Positions 10,701 through 59,892 of a stretch of DNA of 59,892 bases are shown here, one piece after another. A program made the position numbers and the translations under genes. The DNA is taken from the NCBI GenBank assembly GCA_002269645.1, contig NIVC01000443.1, forward strand, positions 1 through 59,892, given 5' to 3'. How positions within the stretch are numbered: the first letter of the stretch is position 1; each line of letters starts with the position of its first letter. Under the pieces are notes generated by a model, which saw only the letters and a list, made by a program, of their open reading frames with translations, ran no database searches and was not told where the DNA came from. This stretch comes from Macrostomum lignano (taxonomy: Eukaryota).

Positions 10701-13700
10701 AAGCAGAGAACTTCCACAGGCCAATGGAGAAATAGCTCGACAAATAGAAAAAAGTAGATTACTGTAACTCAAGCAGCTGTTTAGCAAATATTGAGAGCTC
10801 ATAGTCAGACGGACTAAATTTATTCAATTCTCATATTCTTTAGATTGAAAGCTGAAAAGTTTAGCTAAAAGTGCAACCAAATAGTGGGAAGTGGACGATG
10901 GTACTTGCAATATATCTATTGAATATTAATGAGGTAGCTACAACATTTTGCCATAAAAATGATTATTTAATCCATGCAAGAATCATTGAGGCTTGTACTC
11001 GTAAGAGCAAACTGGCTGAAAACTTTGCTATGAAGTGCTGAACTGAACAGCCTACTGAAAGTAGGATGTATACTGAATTGGCATGGTGTTCTTACTATAG
11101 CCAAAGATGCGATATATATGTATCGTATACATCTGTATATGGGCAGGTACAATAAGTTATTTCATTTTTACGGAGACTAATTAAATAAAAAGCTCCCAGC
11201 TATGCTTAAAAACTATTTGGAGCTCGTGTGTTTCTCATAAGTTGGCAAGTACTTGCAGTACAAGAGGCCGTTCATTCGGAGGGATGAATCTGATTTGTTT
11301 TTCTTTTATTTTGAGATGAAAAAAAAACTGCATAAAGATGACGATTTCGGAATGTCGTATTAGATAAAATAGGGTTAAAGTTTAAGAAGAAAGTACGAGT
11401 ATTTTATACCTCTCAGTCTTCTAGAAGAAGAAGAAATCATGCGTGCAAGTTATGTGTATGGCTCTCGTATATTTCGTGTGTCTACAGCCTTAAGAAACCA
11501 AACCATATCTCCATGATGCAGCGATCATTTTTTAAAACGCTGCACAGGACTTTAGCTTCATGGATTCTGAGAATAATATTGATGAACTAGTTGATGGTCG
11601 CCAATGCCAACTGACTTTGGTTTATTTATCCTGGCATTCGAGTTGTAAACAGTGCACAAACGGTCGTAGTAATTGGTTTAGAAGTCAAGCTTGCCGCGAT
11701 GCAAGGCCCAAAGGATGGGTGGAGATCTATAGGCTGCCAATATAAACACCCTACTAGATTTCTCGCCACCTTAAGTACGCCTGTGCCCCTACATACGGAA
11801 ATATAACTTCTCCCATTCATTTTTCTCCCCATATGCACAACTGGCTTTCTTTAACAGTTGTGTCATGACATCTCTCCAACTATAGCATATGCAGGTGCGT
11901 AGGTGTCCGGGAAAGCAGTTTATCCTGCTGGTTTCACTTCTGAGGTGAGTTGGCGTAGCTTCCGGGTGACAGCAGCGATTTTATGACTTAAGCTGTGCTG
12001 ATTAGCATTTTTACAAGAAACAAAATCCGAAGAAAATATCAACCCCGACTCTGACCAGTTACTGCGGCTTGGCAGTGTCCAGAAGTGTCCAGCACGGTTT
12101 ACAGCAAGCTGGCAAACTACCATCGGATCGCCCACAACTCTTACTATAGTAGAAATGCATAAGCCTACTACAAACACTGTCAAATATACGATATCCCCAA
12201 CAGTACTGCAGTCTAATCCTCTTGTCACACAGCAGTGTAAAAACTTTCTGCTGTATTTTACAACCGGATAGCAGTAAAAAATGACCAACACTTTAAATTG
12301 CATCCACCTGGGGTCGACTCTTTCTGCACTGGCTGTCCAAAACGAGCAGTCGAGGAACACAGGAACAGTGCCGTATACAGCACGAGCCTGGAGCTTGAAT
12401 CGATCGAATTGGATGCTGAAATTTCATTGAAATCCTTCAACGGGAAGTAACTATATTCAATATTCAAATAAGTAGACGCTGCTCCGTAGCTTAACCAAAA
12501 ACTACTATTGCAAAACGGAACTTTTGTATGGAGACAAACTTGACTCGAGGTGGTACACTGACTAATTACATTTGGTTATTTGCTTTTGCTTTTAAACCGC
12601 GTATACGTTTGTAACAGACGGCCACACATCAAATTCGCTATGGTTTAATTTGTTTCAGCTATTCCTGATTTAAGCAGAAACTAGGAGGCTGTGTCTGACT
12701 GCAGCCTTCCTGTTTTTTGTTGTTATGGTAATAAAGTTGTTCGCTTTGGACTTCCGCGTTGCAAATCCGTAAGGAATCACGGCAACGTTAACTCAGTTAA
12801 GCAGTTCCACACGACAATGTCATACGGAAAAAGAAGGCATTAGTCGGCTGAAAGAGCTGCACAGAGCAGACAGTGGAGAATTGTGCTGCAGAAAAACGAA
12901 GCAAACAACGTAGTGGCGAGGATTTACACCCCTGGATGCAATGGCTTATACAATAATGGCGCTTGCCACAGACAGAGCGATATAGGCAGAGTGAGTGGGC
13001 GAAAAAATGGAGGGAACTGGCGCAAGACAGTCGATAGGACGGGCCAAGCTTAGTAGCTATCCAGCAGCCCTCGGCCCAGCCAACCGAGCCCCTTGAATAC
13101 CTCGGCCCCATCAGCAGCATCCTTCATCCAACCCGTTATATAGCTAACCTTACCCCTCCTTATCCTCCGGTCTGCTCCCTCTCTCCAATGCCTGCACCAG
13201 CAACCACCGTAGTGCTGTCGGATTTTATTCCATGACTCCGCTAGGCCTATACCGTTAGTTGCCCTCCTCGCCACTTCCTGTGTGGCTCCTAATAATTTTT
13301 GTCTAAACCTTTTTTGCCTATATAAGTTAGGGAGAGTGAGGGAATTTTGGTGGAAGCATAGGAAACTGCTGAACACTTGCTGCAGTGAAAGGAAACAAAT
13401 AGAACTGGTCTACATATGCATCTGTGACGGACCACCTGCTGCTAGAGATTTCACGACGGTTATCTGTTGCACCGCTGGAATTGTGTATTGCATAGCCTCG
13501 GTTATTCGAAGACTGGAATGTCGACTGGTGTGCCCTTACTGGCACTGCACCCGGTGCTTCTCTGGATATCTGTTTCCACTCTGCTATTGGAGTCGTCAGC
13601 TGTTCTGTCTACTGGCAGTACAGGTAAAGCTCTCTCATTTACAGCATTGTTTTTAATGTTCATATTTAACCTGTCATAATCATGACGATGAGTGAAATCG

Positions 13701-16242
13701 ATCCATTGTTTCGCGTGAGCACCCTTAACTCCTATACCCAACGTCAACTCGTTACAAAAACTTTCACAGAAGCCAACTGAAGTCAACTAGAAATTAATAG
13801 CATTCTTAAAATGTGCAGCATTTCAGTCACACTTTCTTCCACAGCTGACTATTCAAAATGAGAAGTTGGTCAAGCCCGGACCCAGAGTTAGAAGAAATGA
13901 ATGAAGAAAATGACGTTCTTTGGGTATGCCAGCGTATACGCGCTCAACCCAACAATTTTAGATTTTCTTGACTTCATATTTGTGTCTTCTGCTTGAGCAT
14001 GAGCTCAATCAACTGGTGTTTTAAGCCTAACCCAGTCACAGCAGTGGCTGTGAGAAAAATCTACCAGCTGCACTTAAGAGTCTCAAGGCTCATAATTGGA
14101 GGGCTTTTTGCTGAAGCAAATTTTGTTACTTAATTACCGTACTTAAGCTAGACCCAGCAGTCTTAGTCATCATGCCGTTAGAAGCGTGGCCGCCTCAATT
14201 AAGAGACCATAAACCCGTGCGCCACGTGTATGACTATAATGAAGCGAAATTCCCCAGTCAGGAATGTTTTTATTGAATGATAAAAACTGCCACCAATTTC
14301 GCTCACCCAGTGGCTAGGGAAAATAATAGCAGTAGGCGATTTCTGTTTACAGAACATAGCACTGTCAGTCTAGACACGCATTTTGACTGCCAGTCCCTGC
14401 ATTCCTTCGCTAATAAATCCCACCTCCCTTGCTGCGCTGTCCGCAAATTCTGTCGTTGGGATTTTTGCGTCTCCCTAATTCCTTCCTGAATCCCATCCCA
14501 TGAAAACTGTCAGCGGCAGCAGCTTGTGTGAAATAAGCGAACCCCCGCACATCTCGGGGGCTGAAAATAGTTCTGGCAACAATTTCCTTTCAATGACCTC
14601 CAATGGCAGCGGCAACAAATATGGACAGTAGCGACTGACGATGTTCGATGACTCATCGATGGAAGGCGGACTAAAATAAAAATTTGGTTGGCGGGACCGG
14701 CATAAGGCAAGAATATATGGTTGCTTTTTTTACCTATTTTGGCTCTGAAGCAGCAGAGGCATATTTAAGGCTATACAACAACCGATTGTACGGTAGGAAG
14801 GTAGACGACTGGGTAAGAGGGTGATGCCTTAAGCCCTCTCTCCCTTTCTCTCGGCCTGTGTCGGCCTCGCCCACCACCCCATCTCGGTTGTGCGCGGAGG
14901 TTTTAGGGCGGGGGGCTGGGGTCTGGCCGCTATCTGGGGAGGGGTGGGGGGTTTTGCGAGGAATGTAAAAGCGTCACCGGCTGGACTGGAAAACCCCTCC
15001 AAATCAATGTACGTCGCAGTGAATCCTATGTACATTGAACTCCCCGCCTCCCCGCCTGCTTCTCTCCATTACGATTTGCAACCCTGTACTTGCAGGACTG
15101 AGTTGGGACTCCTCCCCTGTAAGAGTATAGTGAACTGCCTTCCCAGCGAAATCCAATGTTCGCTAGACAATGTTTTGCACTAACTGGGAGTGGGGATTTT
15201 TAGGACGCTAAAAATGCGCCGTCTAGGAGCACACAGGCCGCTACTAACAGATCCCAATTGAAAGTTGTTCGGGTGGAGGAGACCCGACTGACCCGAGAGG
15301 TCGCAAGCTGTCGCCACTGAGTCACTGGCACCTGACAGACAGTCAACCTACAAGAGCCAGCATCAGAAGAATCTCAATAGCAGGACAATCACAGGCCTCG
15401 CAAGCTGCTACGAGCTGTCAATCCCAACTTTTGACTGTTCGCCCCGCCCACAAAATTCATCTGGCGAAAGAAACGACGAAACGACAAGTCAACACGACAA
15501 AGACAGAGAGAAGCCAAATAAAGCAGCTTGCTGTTTGATTTTTATTTTAAGCACTCAACTCTTCAGCAGACTGCAGAGTCTGGGCAGAGCTGGCCAAAGC
15601 TGCATTAAACAGAGTCACCTTATCCTACCTCACCCAACTGTGCTCGCTGAGAAACTCGCTTTATTATAGAGCGGGGTCATAAACATTTATTTGGCCCCTA
15701 TAGTCTTCTTTTCTTTATTGAATTCCGACTTCTTATAGCCACGCGCCAGCAATCTGGCTCTGAGTCTGTGCTCAGCCCTGCTGTTTTGAGTCCTCTGAGG
15801 TACCGAGTACTTGCGTTTCAATTGGAATATTCTATAGTAGACGAGCCCCCTTGCATTTTTCTCATTCTTTAAACCCCAGTCAAAGCATTTTTACCCTTCG
15901 GAAGGAAAGTTTTTTCTAATAAGCTGTGCGTGCGCACGGAGGGTGCTGGCATTTCAATAGGGTGCCCCCGGGTCCAATAGCCAAGCCCCGAGCTACTCCA
16001 CCTATAGCCTCTTGCTAACGCACCGGGGGGTGGAGGGCGCGCGCTGGAAACCCAGAGCTTTAGTTGTTTAAAGCTCAGCTGCTTCTGCTTTTGCCTGCTT
16101 TTGGTCAAGAAAAAAGAAACACGTTATTAGTAAAAAAATAACAACATCTTCTGGTAGCTCGAGAGTTGCGTGTTCGGACATGCAAGAGAACGACTTGTAA
16201 CTTAACAGTAGCATCTAACATCGTCACATCTTAAAGTACAGC

Positions 16243-16250
16243 TATAAAAA
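16243..16250 (+). promoter_or_regulatory. Possible TATA box upstream of receptor exon 1
   Basis: TATAAAAA 49 nt before the ATG. Motif match only. Confidence 0.25.
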
Positions 16251-16291
16251 GCAGATATAGAGAAAAAGAGACAAAGAAGAGAGACATTGCC

Positions 16292-53712
<37,421 letters not shown>

Positions 53713-54229
53713 GCCGTTACTGAGGACAAAATCAGTTACTACTTTGAGTTCAACCTGACGCAGATGCTCTTGCGTTGAAAATTAGCTTTGCCGCTTTCAA
53801 TACAGGCTTTTACACTTGCATCATCCGCTTTAGTAGGCTGGATGGAAAACCCTTCGCTGCTGCTACAGTTGAAGCTGAACTGACAACAAGACAGTGTCAG
53901 TTAGAAATTGTTTTGTCTTTTGCAACTGCCCTGATTTCTGCGCTCATTCGGGCATTTTTTGTTTGGAATCCTTGAGACTGGTTTCGCTTGCGCATCGATA
54001 AACTTACGATCTCTTTTTTATTAATTTTTTATAACAGTGCCTCGTTTGTGTGCGTGTCTTGAAATTGTGTATTTTTTACTTTGCTTATTTATACGATTTC
54101 TGACTACATAACCGGCTCCTTTTTCTTGCACTGGATTCTTGAAGGAGTGCAGCTTGCCCCGTGTGATAGCAACCTGTGTTGGCTCTGCTCCACCACCATT
54201 ACAAACTACGAGTATCACCAAAATCTGCC

Positions 54230-54727
54230 CCAGATCCTTCCCCAGCTCCACCCCTCCCCGCCACAGACCCTTCCCCAGCTCTACCCCTCCCCGCCACAGA
54301 CCCTTCCCCAGCTCTACCCCTCCCCGCCACAGACCCTTCCCCAGCTCTACCCTCCCCGCCACAGACCCTTCCCCAGATCTACCCCTCCCCGTCACAGACC
54401 CTTCCCCAGCTCTACCCCACCCCGCCACAGACCCTTCCCAGCTCTTCCCCTCCCCGTCACAGACCCTTCCCCAGATCTACCCCTCCCCGTCACAGACCCT
54501 TCCCCAGATCTACCCCTCCCCGTCACAGACCCTTCCCCAGCTCTACCCCACCCCGTCACAGACCCTTCCCCAGATCTACCCCTCCCCGTCACAAACCCTA
54601 CCCCAGCTCTACCCCTCCCCGCCACAGACCCTTGCCCAGCTCTACCCTTCCCCGCCACAGACCCTTGCCCAGCTCTACCCCTCCCCGTCACAGACCCTTG
54701 CCCAGCTCTACCCCTCCCCGTCACAGA
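54230..54727. repeat. 33-bp C-rich minisatellite downstream of the receptor stop codon
   Basis: ACAGACCCTTCCCCAGCTCTACCCCTCCCCGCC. Confidence 0.95.
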
Positions 54728-56540
54728 CAGTTTCACATTAAGCTGATAATAAAAATTGTTATGTGACTGCCGTTCGCTTTCTTGTCCTAGAAAAATCCAC
54801 TCGCTATCCCGCTATCGTCCCGTTTGAAATTGTGTCTATTTTGCTTTGTTCATATGCACCAGCTGAAGCACACTATGGAAATGCTGGGCACTTGGCACTA
54901 TCCATAAATATACAGTTGTAATGGTACGCGCTGTGCTAAAATTATAACTGCTAGAAGTTTGTTTTAAACTGCTAGGCTAAATAGAGAACCGGTTTTATTT
55001 ACCTCATTTGCTTATACAACCTATATGAGTTCTATGGGTAAATAGATTACGAATTTGAATCTAAATCGCAAATAGAATAAAACAAAATAACAAAATGACA
55101 ATTGGGCTCAGTCAATTAATTAGTAAAACAATTGGCAAGTTTTTTATCTACAGTATATTTAAAAAACAGTAAATGGGCAATTAAAATATTTGCGGCAGTT
55201 ATTGAAACGGGGGGGGGCAGTACAGATGCAGATTGGCCCAATTAGACTGAACTGCCACCGCCCCTCATTCATTTAGGTTGTGATCTTATCGCCAGCCAGA
55301 CTGTCCAAACACCTGGTCAATTTTACTTTCTAAGCCGAAACTATTGCTTAAGAAGAAAGTAAAAATTGACAAGGAAGTTAGGGTTCAGCCCAGCCCGAGA
55401 CTTTGAGCAGCAAATCTCAACCCAGAGGAACGAGGTTCGGTGACGGGCGAAAATTTATGCTGTTGTTAGTCGTCATTTTCGAATAGCTTAGATACAGGGA
55501 AATACCGAAGAACTGCGGCTTCAAGTACTTACATATCCGTAGCGTCTCCTCTCGCGATTGGCAAGAAATCAATGAGCAACTGGAGGCGGCTGGCAGTCTG
55601 AGCCGCTTCTTAAGAAGACCCGAGCTGGGGGTGGCTGCAGCCCGGCTGAGGAGGAGACTGGGGGGGGGGTCTGACGAATTCTGGGCCGCCGGAGAGGATT
55701 AAGAGCTCCCAGCCTGACTCATCATGGTCACGCAGGCCGCGGCAGATGAACTGAGAATGAGGAGGCTGCGTTGTGGAAGGCAACGCTGAGCCCACCGTCC
55801 CCTCCCCTCCCTTGCAGTTGCTGAGCACGGATTTGAGCGGGGATATTTTGCAAAGGGAAGAGAATTGAGAGAGAGAGAGAGGAGCCGACCGACCTCATCC
55901 AAGTCTCCCTGCTGTAGCCTCAGAGTCTTTTCTCCCTCGTTCCTCTCCCTATCCCACTGCTTTCTTCCTTTCCCTCTTCTCCAGCAGCGCACTTCAGAGT
56001 ACTCATATCCAGATGGCGGGCTCCTCAGGCCGCTACGCTACCCCTCCGCCCCGTCAGTTACTGAGCCGCCCTCTTCCTGTCGGTCCGCGTCTGCATTCTC
56101 CCCTCCCTCATTTCCCCTGTCCCTCCTTTTAGGCCGAGCTCACTTTTCTTCTTCGCTTTGAAAGCCTGTGCAGCGGGGCTTTTTCCTGTGCTCAGCGGGA
56201 GACAGCGGGCGGGCGACTGGGGGGAGGGAGAATCAGTTGGGGATTCGAGTGAAACGGAGGCAGCCTTATCCCAATTCTCTATCCCACTTTCACCGCTCCT
56301 CCCTCCCAACGCTTTTTGCCCACCGTCTACAAATGATATATGCAATAATTTTGATACGCAAACAGTACACTTCAGACGTGGCTGAAGAATTCGTAAAACG
56401 ACAAGTTTTGAGTTAAGCTAGATGCATAATGATATGGATGCATACAGCGGTTGCTGCAAAATTTAAAATTTTCACAATCTTTGCAATCAAAGTTCCAGAT
56501 TGCAATTTGCATTAAGTTTAAAACGTCGGATTTCTGGGCC

Positions 56541-57025
56541 ACATCATCGATAATTCAAGGTCACATCATCGACCGTTCAAGGTCACATCATCGATAGTTC
56601 AAGGTCACATCATCGATAGTTCAAGGTCACGTCATCGATAGTTCAAGGTCACATCATCAATAGTTCAAGGTCACATCATCGATAGTTCAAGGTCACATCA
56701 TCGATAGTTCAAGGTCACGTCATCGATAGTTCAAGGTCACACCATCGACAGTTCAAGGTCACACCATCGATAGTTCAAGGTCATATCATCGATAGTTCAA
56801 AATCACATCATCGATAGTTCAAGGTCACACATCACCGAAAGTTCAAGGTCATATCATCGATAGTTCAAGGTCACACCATCGATAGTTCAAGTTCATATCA
56901 TCGATAGTTCAAAATCACATCATCGATAGTTCAAGGTCACATCATCGATAGGTTGATGTCAACCATCAATAGTTCAAGGTCACACCTTCGATAACTCAAA
57001 GTCACAACGCCAATGGTTCAAGGTC
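56541..57025. repeat. 22-bp minisatellite (ATCGATAGTTCAAGGTCACATC)
   Basis: Direct reading. Confidence 0.95.
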
Positions 57026-57642
57026 AGTCTAGAGAGTAAATAATTTCTTTAGTACTTCCTTCGTCACTGTCCTGCCTAGCTGTTTGACAATTGCTACTTA
57101 ACCAATTACAGAAATCGCATTAAAGTTCTGCTGCTAGTTCAAAGCATCAAATCATTTCAGTCGACAGAATCCAAAAAGCGTCATGAATAAAAAAATGAGC
57201 AGCGCCTCATCACGTGCTGGAGACATTGTGCTCTCCGGCTCACAATAGGAGTTTAATACTCGCATAATGAGGCCTTTCAAGACTTTTTCAATGCCTTGCT
57301 GGCAGTTCCTGTTTTTTTATAGCTAAGCAACTCAGTTGCTACGAGTATATTACACGGCGGCGGGGTAGCAACTGCGATGAGGCCTGGCCTTTGAGTGAGT
57401 GAGGTTAGTTGCTCAGAATCGCTGGATGGAGCTTGGAGGCTGCGTATATTATACTGTGGAGTTTGGACTGGCCGAAACACACGAGCCAGTTGGGGGTGAG
57501 GGGGCCCGTTGTCCCATTCTCCGCAGCCCCTATTCTATTCAGCATATGGTGCTGCTGCAGTGGAGCTTTTGGTGGAGAAGTCACTGAAGCTCAGCCGGAT
57601 AGACACAGTAGAGGAGAAGGGGAAGTCGCATCAATGGCCTCC

Positions 57643-57678
<36 letters not shown>

Positions 57679-58380
57679 GTGGGACAGGAGGCTGCGGAGC
57701 TCCGAGATAGATGACGGCTTGGGAGATGGAGGGGGACGATGGGAGCTTTTGGCGACGGCGTCAGCACTTCCGCGTGCCTGAGCCCCTCCTCTGCGCAGTC
57801 CCCTAAACTCTGGGCTGCGGCCTCGCACAGCTGGGCTTGCTGGTGAGTTGCCCGTCTTTAAATTGAGGCTCAAGGAGGTTTAGGGAGGGTATCGGAGCCT
57901 GGGGGATCAGGCCGCAATGCAGCTCAGGCGCGGTCGACAACGCGACGGCAATTTTACGGAGGCGGAGGCGCAGCGGTGCTTCATCATGAGTTTTTTTAGA
58001 AGCCGCGGGCGCAATCTTGAAACCGCCGGGCATTGCGCCTTTCTTCAACAACAATGAGGCTGGCACGGACTGGGGGGGACTTGACTTTGCGATCACTTGT
58101 CCCAGCAGCCATTGTGCCGCCCTCAGCGCTGAAGAATGGAAATAAAACTCCCGGAAAGAGGCTGCGGGAAGATCAACTCATTTCTTTGGCAATGCAGGTA
58201 GAGGCTGGGCAGGAGGAGGATGAGGATAGGAAGTCTCGCGCGCAGCATCCCACCTGGGCTGGAGCCCGATGAAGCCTTGCCAGACCGCACCTGCCATATA
58301 TTAGGCAGTGCAGTTTCACGAAAAGAGCAGCCTGACGGGCTCGGTATGAATATTATTGCCAAATCTCTGTTGTTATCGGG

Positions 58381-58561
58381 CCGAACCCAAAGCGAACAGT
58401 GTCTACATGTACATGCCCGAACCCAAAGCGAACAGTGTCTACATGTACATGCCCGAACCCAAAGCGAACAGTGTCTACATGTACATGCCCGAACCCAAAG
58501 CGAACAGTGTCTACATGTACATGCCCGAACCCAAAGCGAACAGTGTCTACATGTACATGCC
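58381..58561. repeat. 36-bp repeat, 5 copies
   Basis: GAACCCAAAGCGAACAGTGTCTACATGTACATGCCC. Confidence 0.95.
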
Positions 58562-59052
58562 GACGATGAGGGGGGCTGCTGTACACCCTGTGTGAGCGTG
58601 TACTCCTTGCTGACTCCGGGTCGCATTGATTTCCTATAAGATAAAATTTCTGATTTTTAAAATGAAGCACGCAGCAGCGAGTTAACGATTCGTTTTAATT
58701 CTACTCTTGCAAGTCTAGCAATACTACTGACTATCAATGTAAGTAGTATGTAACGAAGTAGATGTCTTAATTCATTTCGCGAACAAATTAGATCAGAAAA
58801 GATGTTTCTCACCCTGCTCTTTTGTTTAACACGGTGTCTGTGAATTTTTAATATTAATTAAAACTGTATTTAGGGCGAGTTGCAGGATGTTAAATATAAA
58901 CCCTCAATTCAGAAAGTAAAAACTTAAAAGTTAGTTTAATATTATTCATAAGTCTGAAATTTTCGAGCATATTTGTAATTGTGAAAGGTACTATAGGCAC
59001 ACAGTTTTATCGTACAAGCGAAACTCAATAGCAAACTCCGGGCTGGGTGCAC

Positions 59053-59292
59053 TCAGGCGAACCCAAGCCGGGTGTTGATCATGCTGCGGCACGCGCCCGA
59101 TCGCCCGCAGCACCTGCGGATGCTCGCTGGATACCGCTCGATCACCAGACTGAGCGCCTGGGTTCGCTCCTGCTGACGCTGGCGCTCCTCTTCCAGGCGG
59201 GCCGAGTCCTTGTACAGCGGCTTGTACTTGCCCTCCCGCACCTGCTGGTAGTAGCGAGCCGTCTGCTGGCGCGACTGCAGGTCGAAGATTTG
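59053..59292 (-). CDS. CCDC40: Last exon of CCDC40-like axonemal coiled-coil protein (gene continues beyond the window)
   Basis: aacag acceptor. Reads QIFDLQSRQQTARYYQQVREGKYKPLY...LSLVIER(V)SSEHPQVLRAIGRV(R)SMINTRL, which resembles the CCDC40 C-terminus as I recall it (..LQAVKEGRY...[23 protein letters not shown]). Needs +G at 59134-59135 and -C at 59088-59089. Confidence 0.7.
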   Translation of the reverse strand, partial: QIFDLQSRQQTARYYQQVREGKYKPLYKDSARLEEERQRQQERTQALSLVIERYPASIRRCCGRSGACRSMINTRLGFA

Positions 59293-59363
59293 CTGTTGAC
59301 ACGGAACCGCGGGGGCGGCGGGGGTTAATAGTTTGTGCTTGCTTCCTCACTTGCTGCGCGGTC

Positions 59364-59880
<517 letters not shown>

Positions 59881-59892
59881 CGGTATCTGCTT

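Noticed and set aside
9300-16000. Many 60-146 aa ORFs in the intergenic region
   Set aside because: No recognisable motifs, codon bias or consistent splice chain. They are probably decayed repeats, which I cannot classify without a library.
55400-58350. Purine/pyrimidine-skewed stretches with short ORFs between the convergent genes
   Set aside because: No family signature could be recognised. They may be transposon remnants, but this is unsupported.

Overview
This is eukaryotic (animal) genomic DNA: GC-rich, strongly GC3-biased exons separated by AT-richer GT-AG introns packed with mini- and microsatellites. The style suggests a free-living flatworm such as Macrostomum (inference only). I reconstructed three spliced genes by hand from splice sites and phase arithmetic. 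(1) Minus strand, 7729->2969: a 3-exon SLC16/monocarboxylate-transporter-like MFS gene with an unusual (QQQQPY)n N-terminus and two 1-nt homopolymer frameshifts. (2) Plus strand, 16292->53712: a 23-exon gene encoding about 3025 aa. Its order is signal peptide, about 3 atypical LamG/concanavalin-like domains, a neurexin-like array of 6 LamG domains with EGF modules (including four 8-Cys EGFs), a Gly/Pro stalk, one TM helix, a Cys cluster, a long low-complexity linker, a 7-8 blade WD40 propeller and a C-terminal ...IDEV. Exons 1-16 splice in frame without any correction (2406 codons). Joining them to the WD40 exons needs one extra base in exon 18. (3) Minus strand, 59292->59053: the last exon of a CCDC40-like gene with two compensating 1-nt indels. 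Also present are LINE 3' fragments, a tRNA-like/SINE head, a probable hAT end and about 30 tandem arrays, one of which multiplies a real splice acceptor and one of which has a 660-bp higher-order structure. The best candidate for a novel system is the neurexin-like adhesion receptor fused to an intracellular WD40 propeller. No database search was possible, so novelty is unverified.
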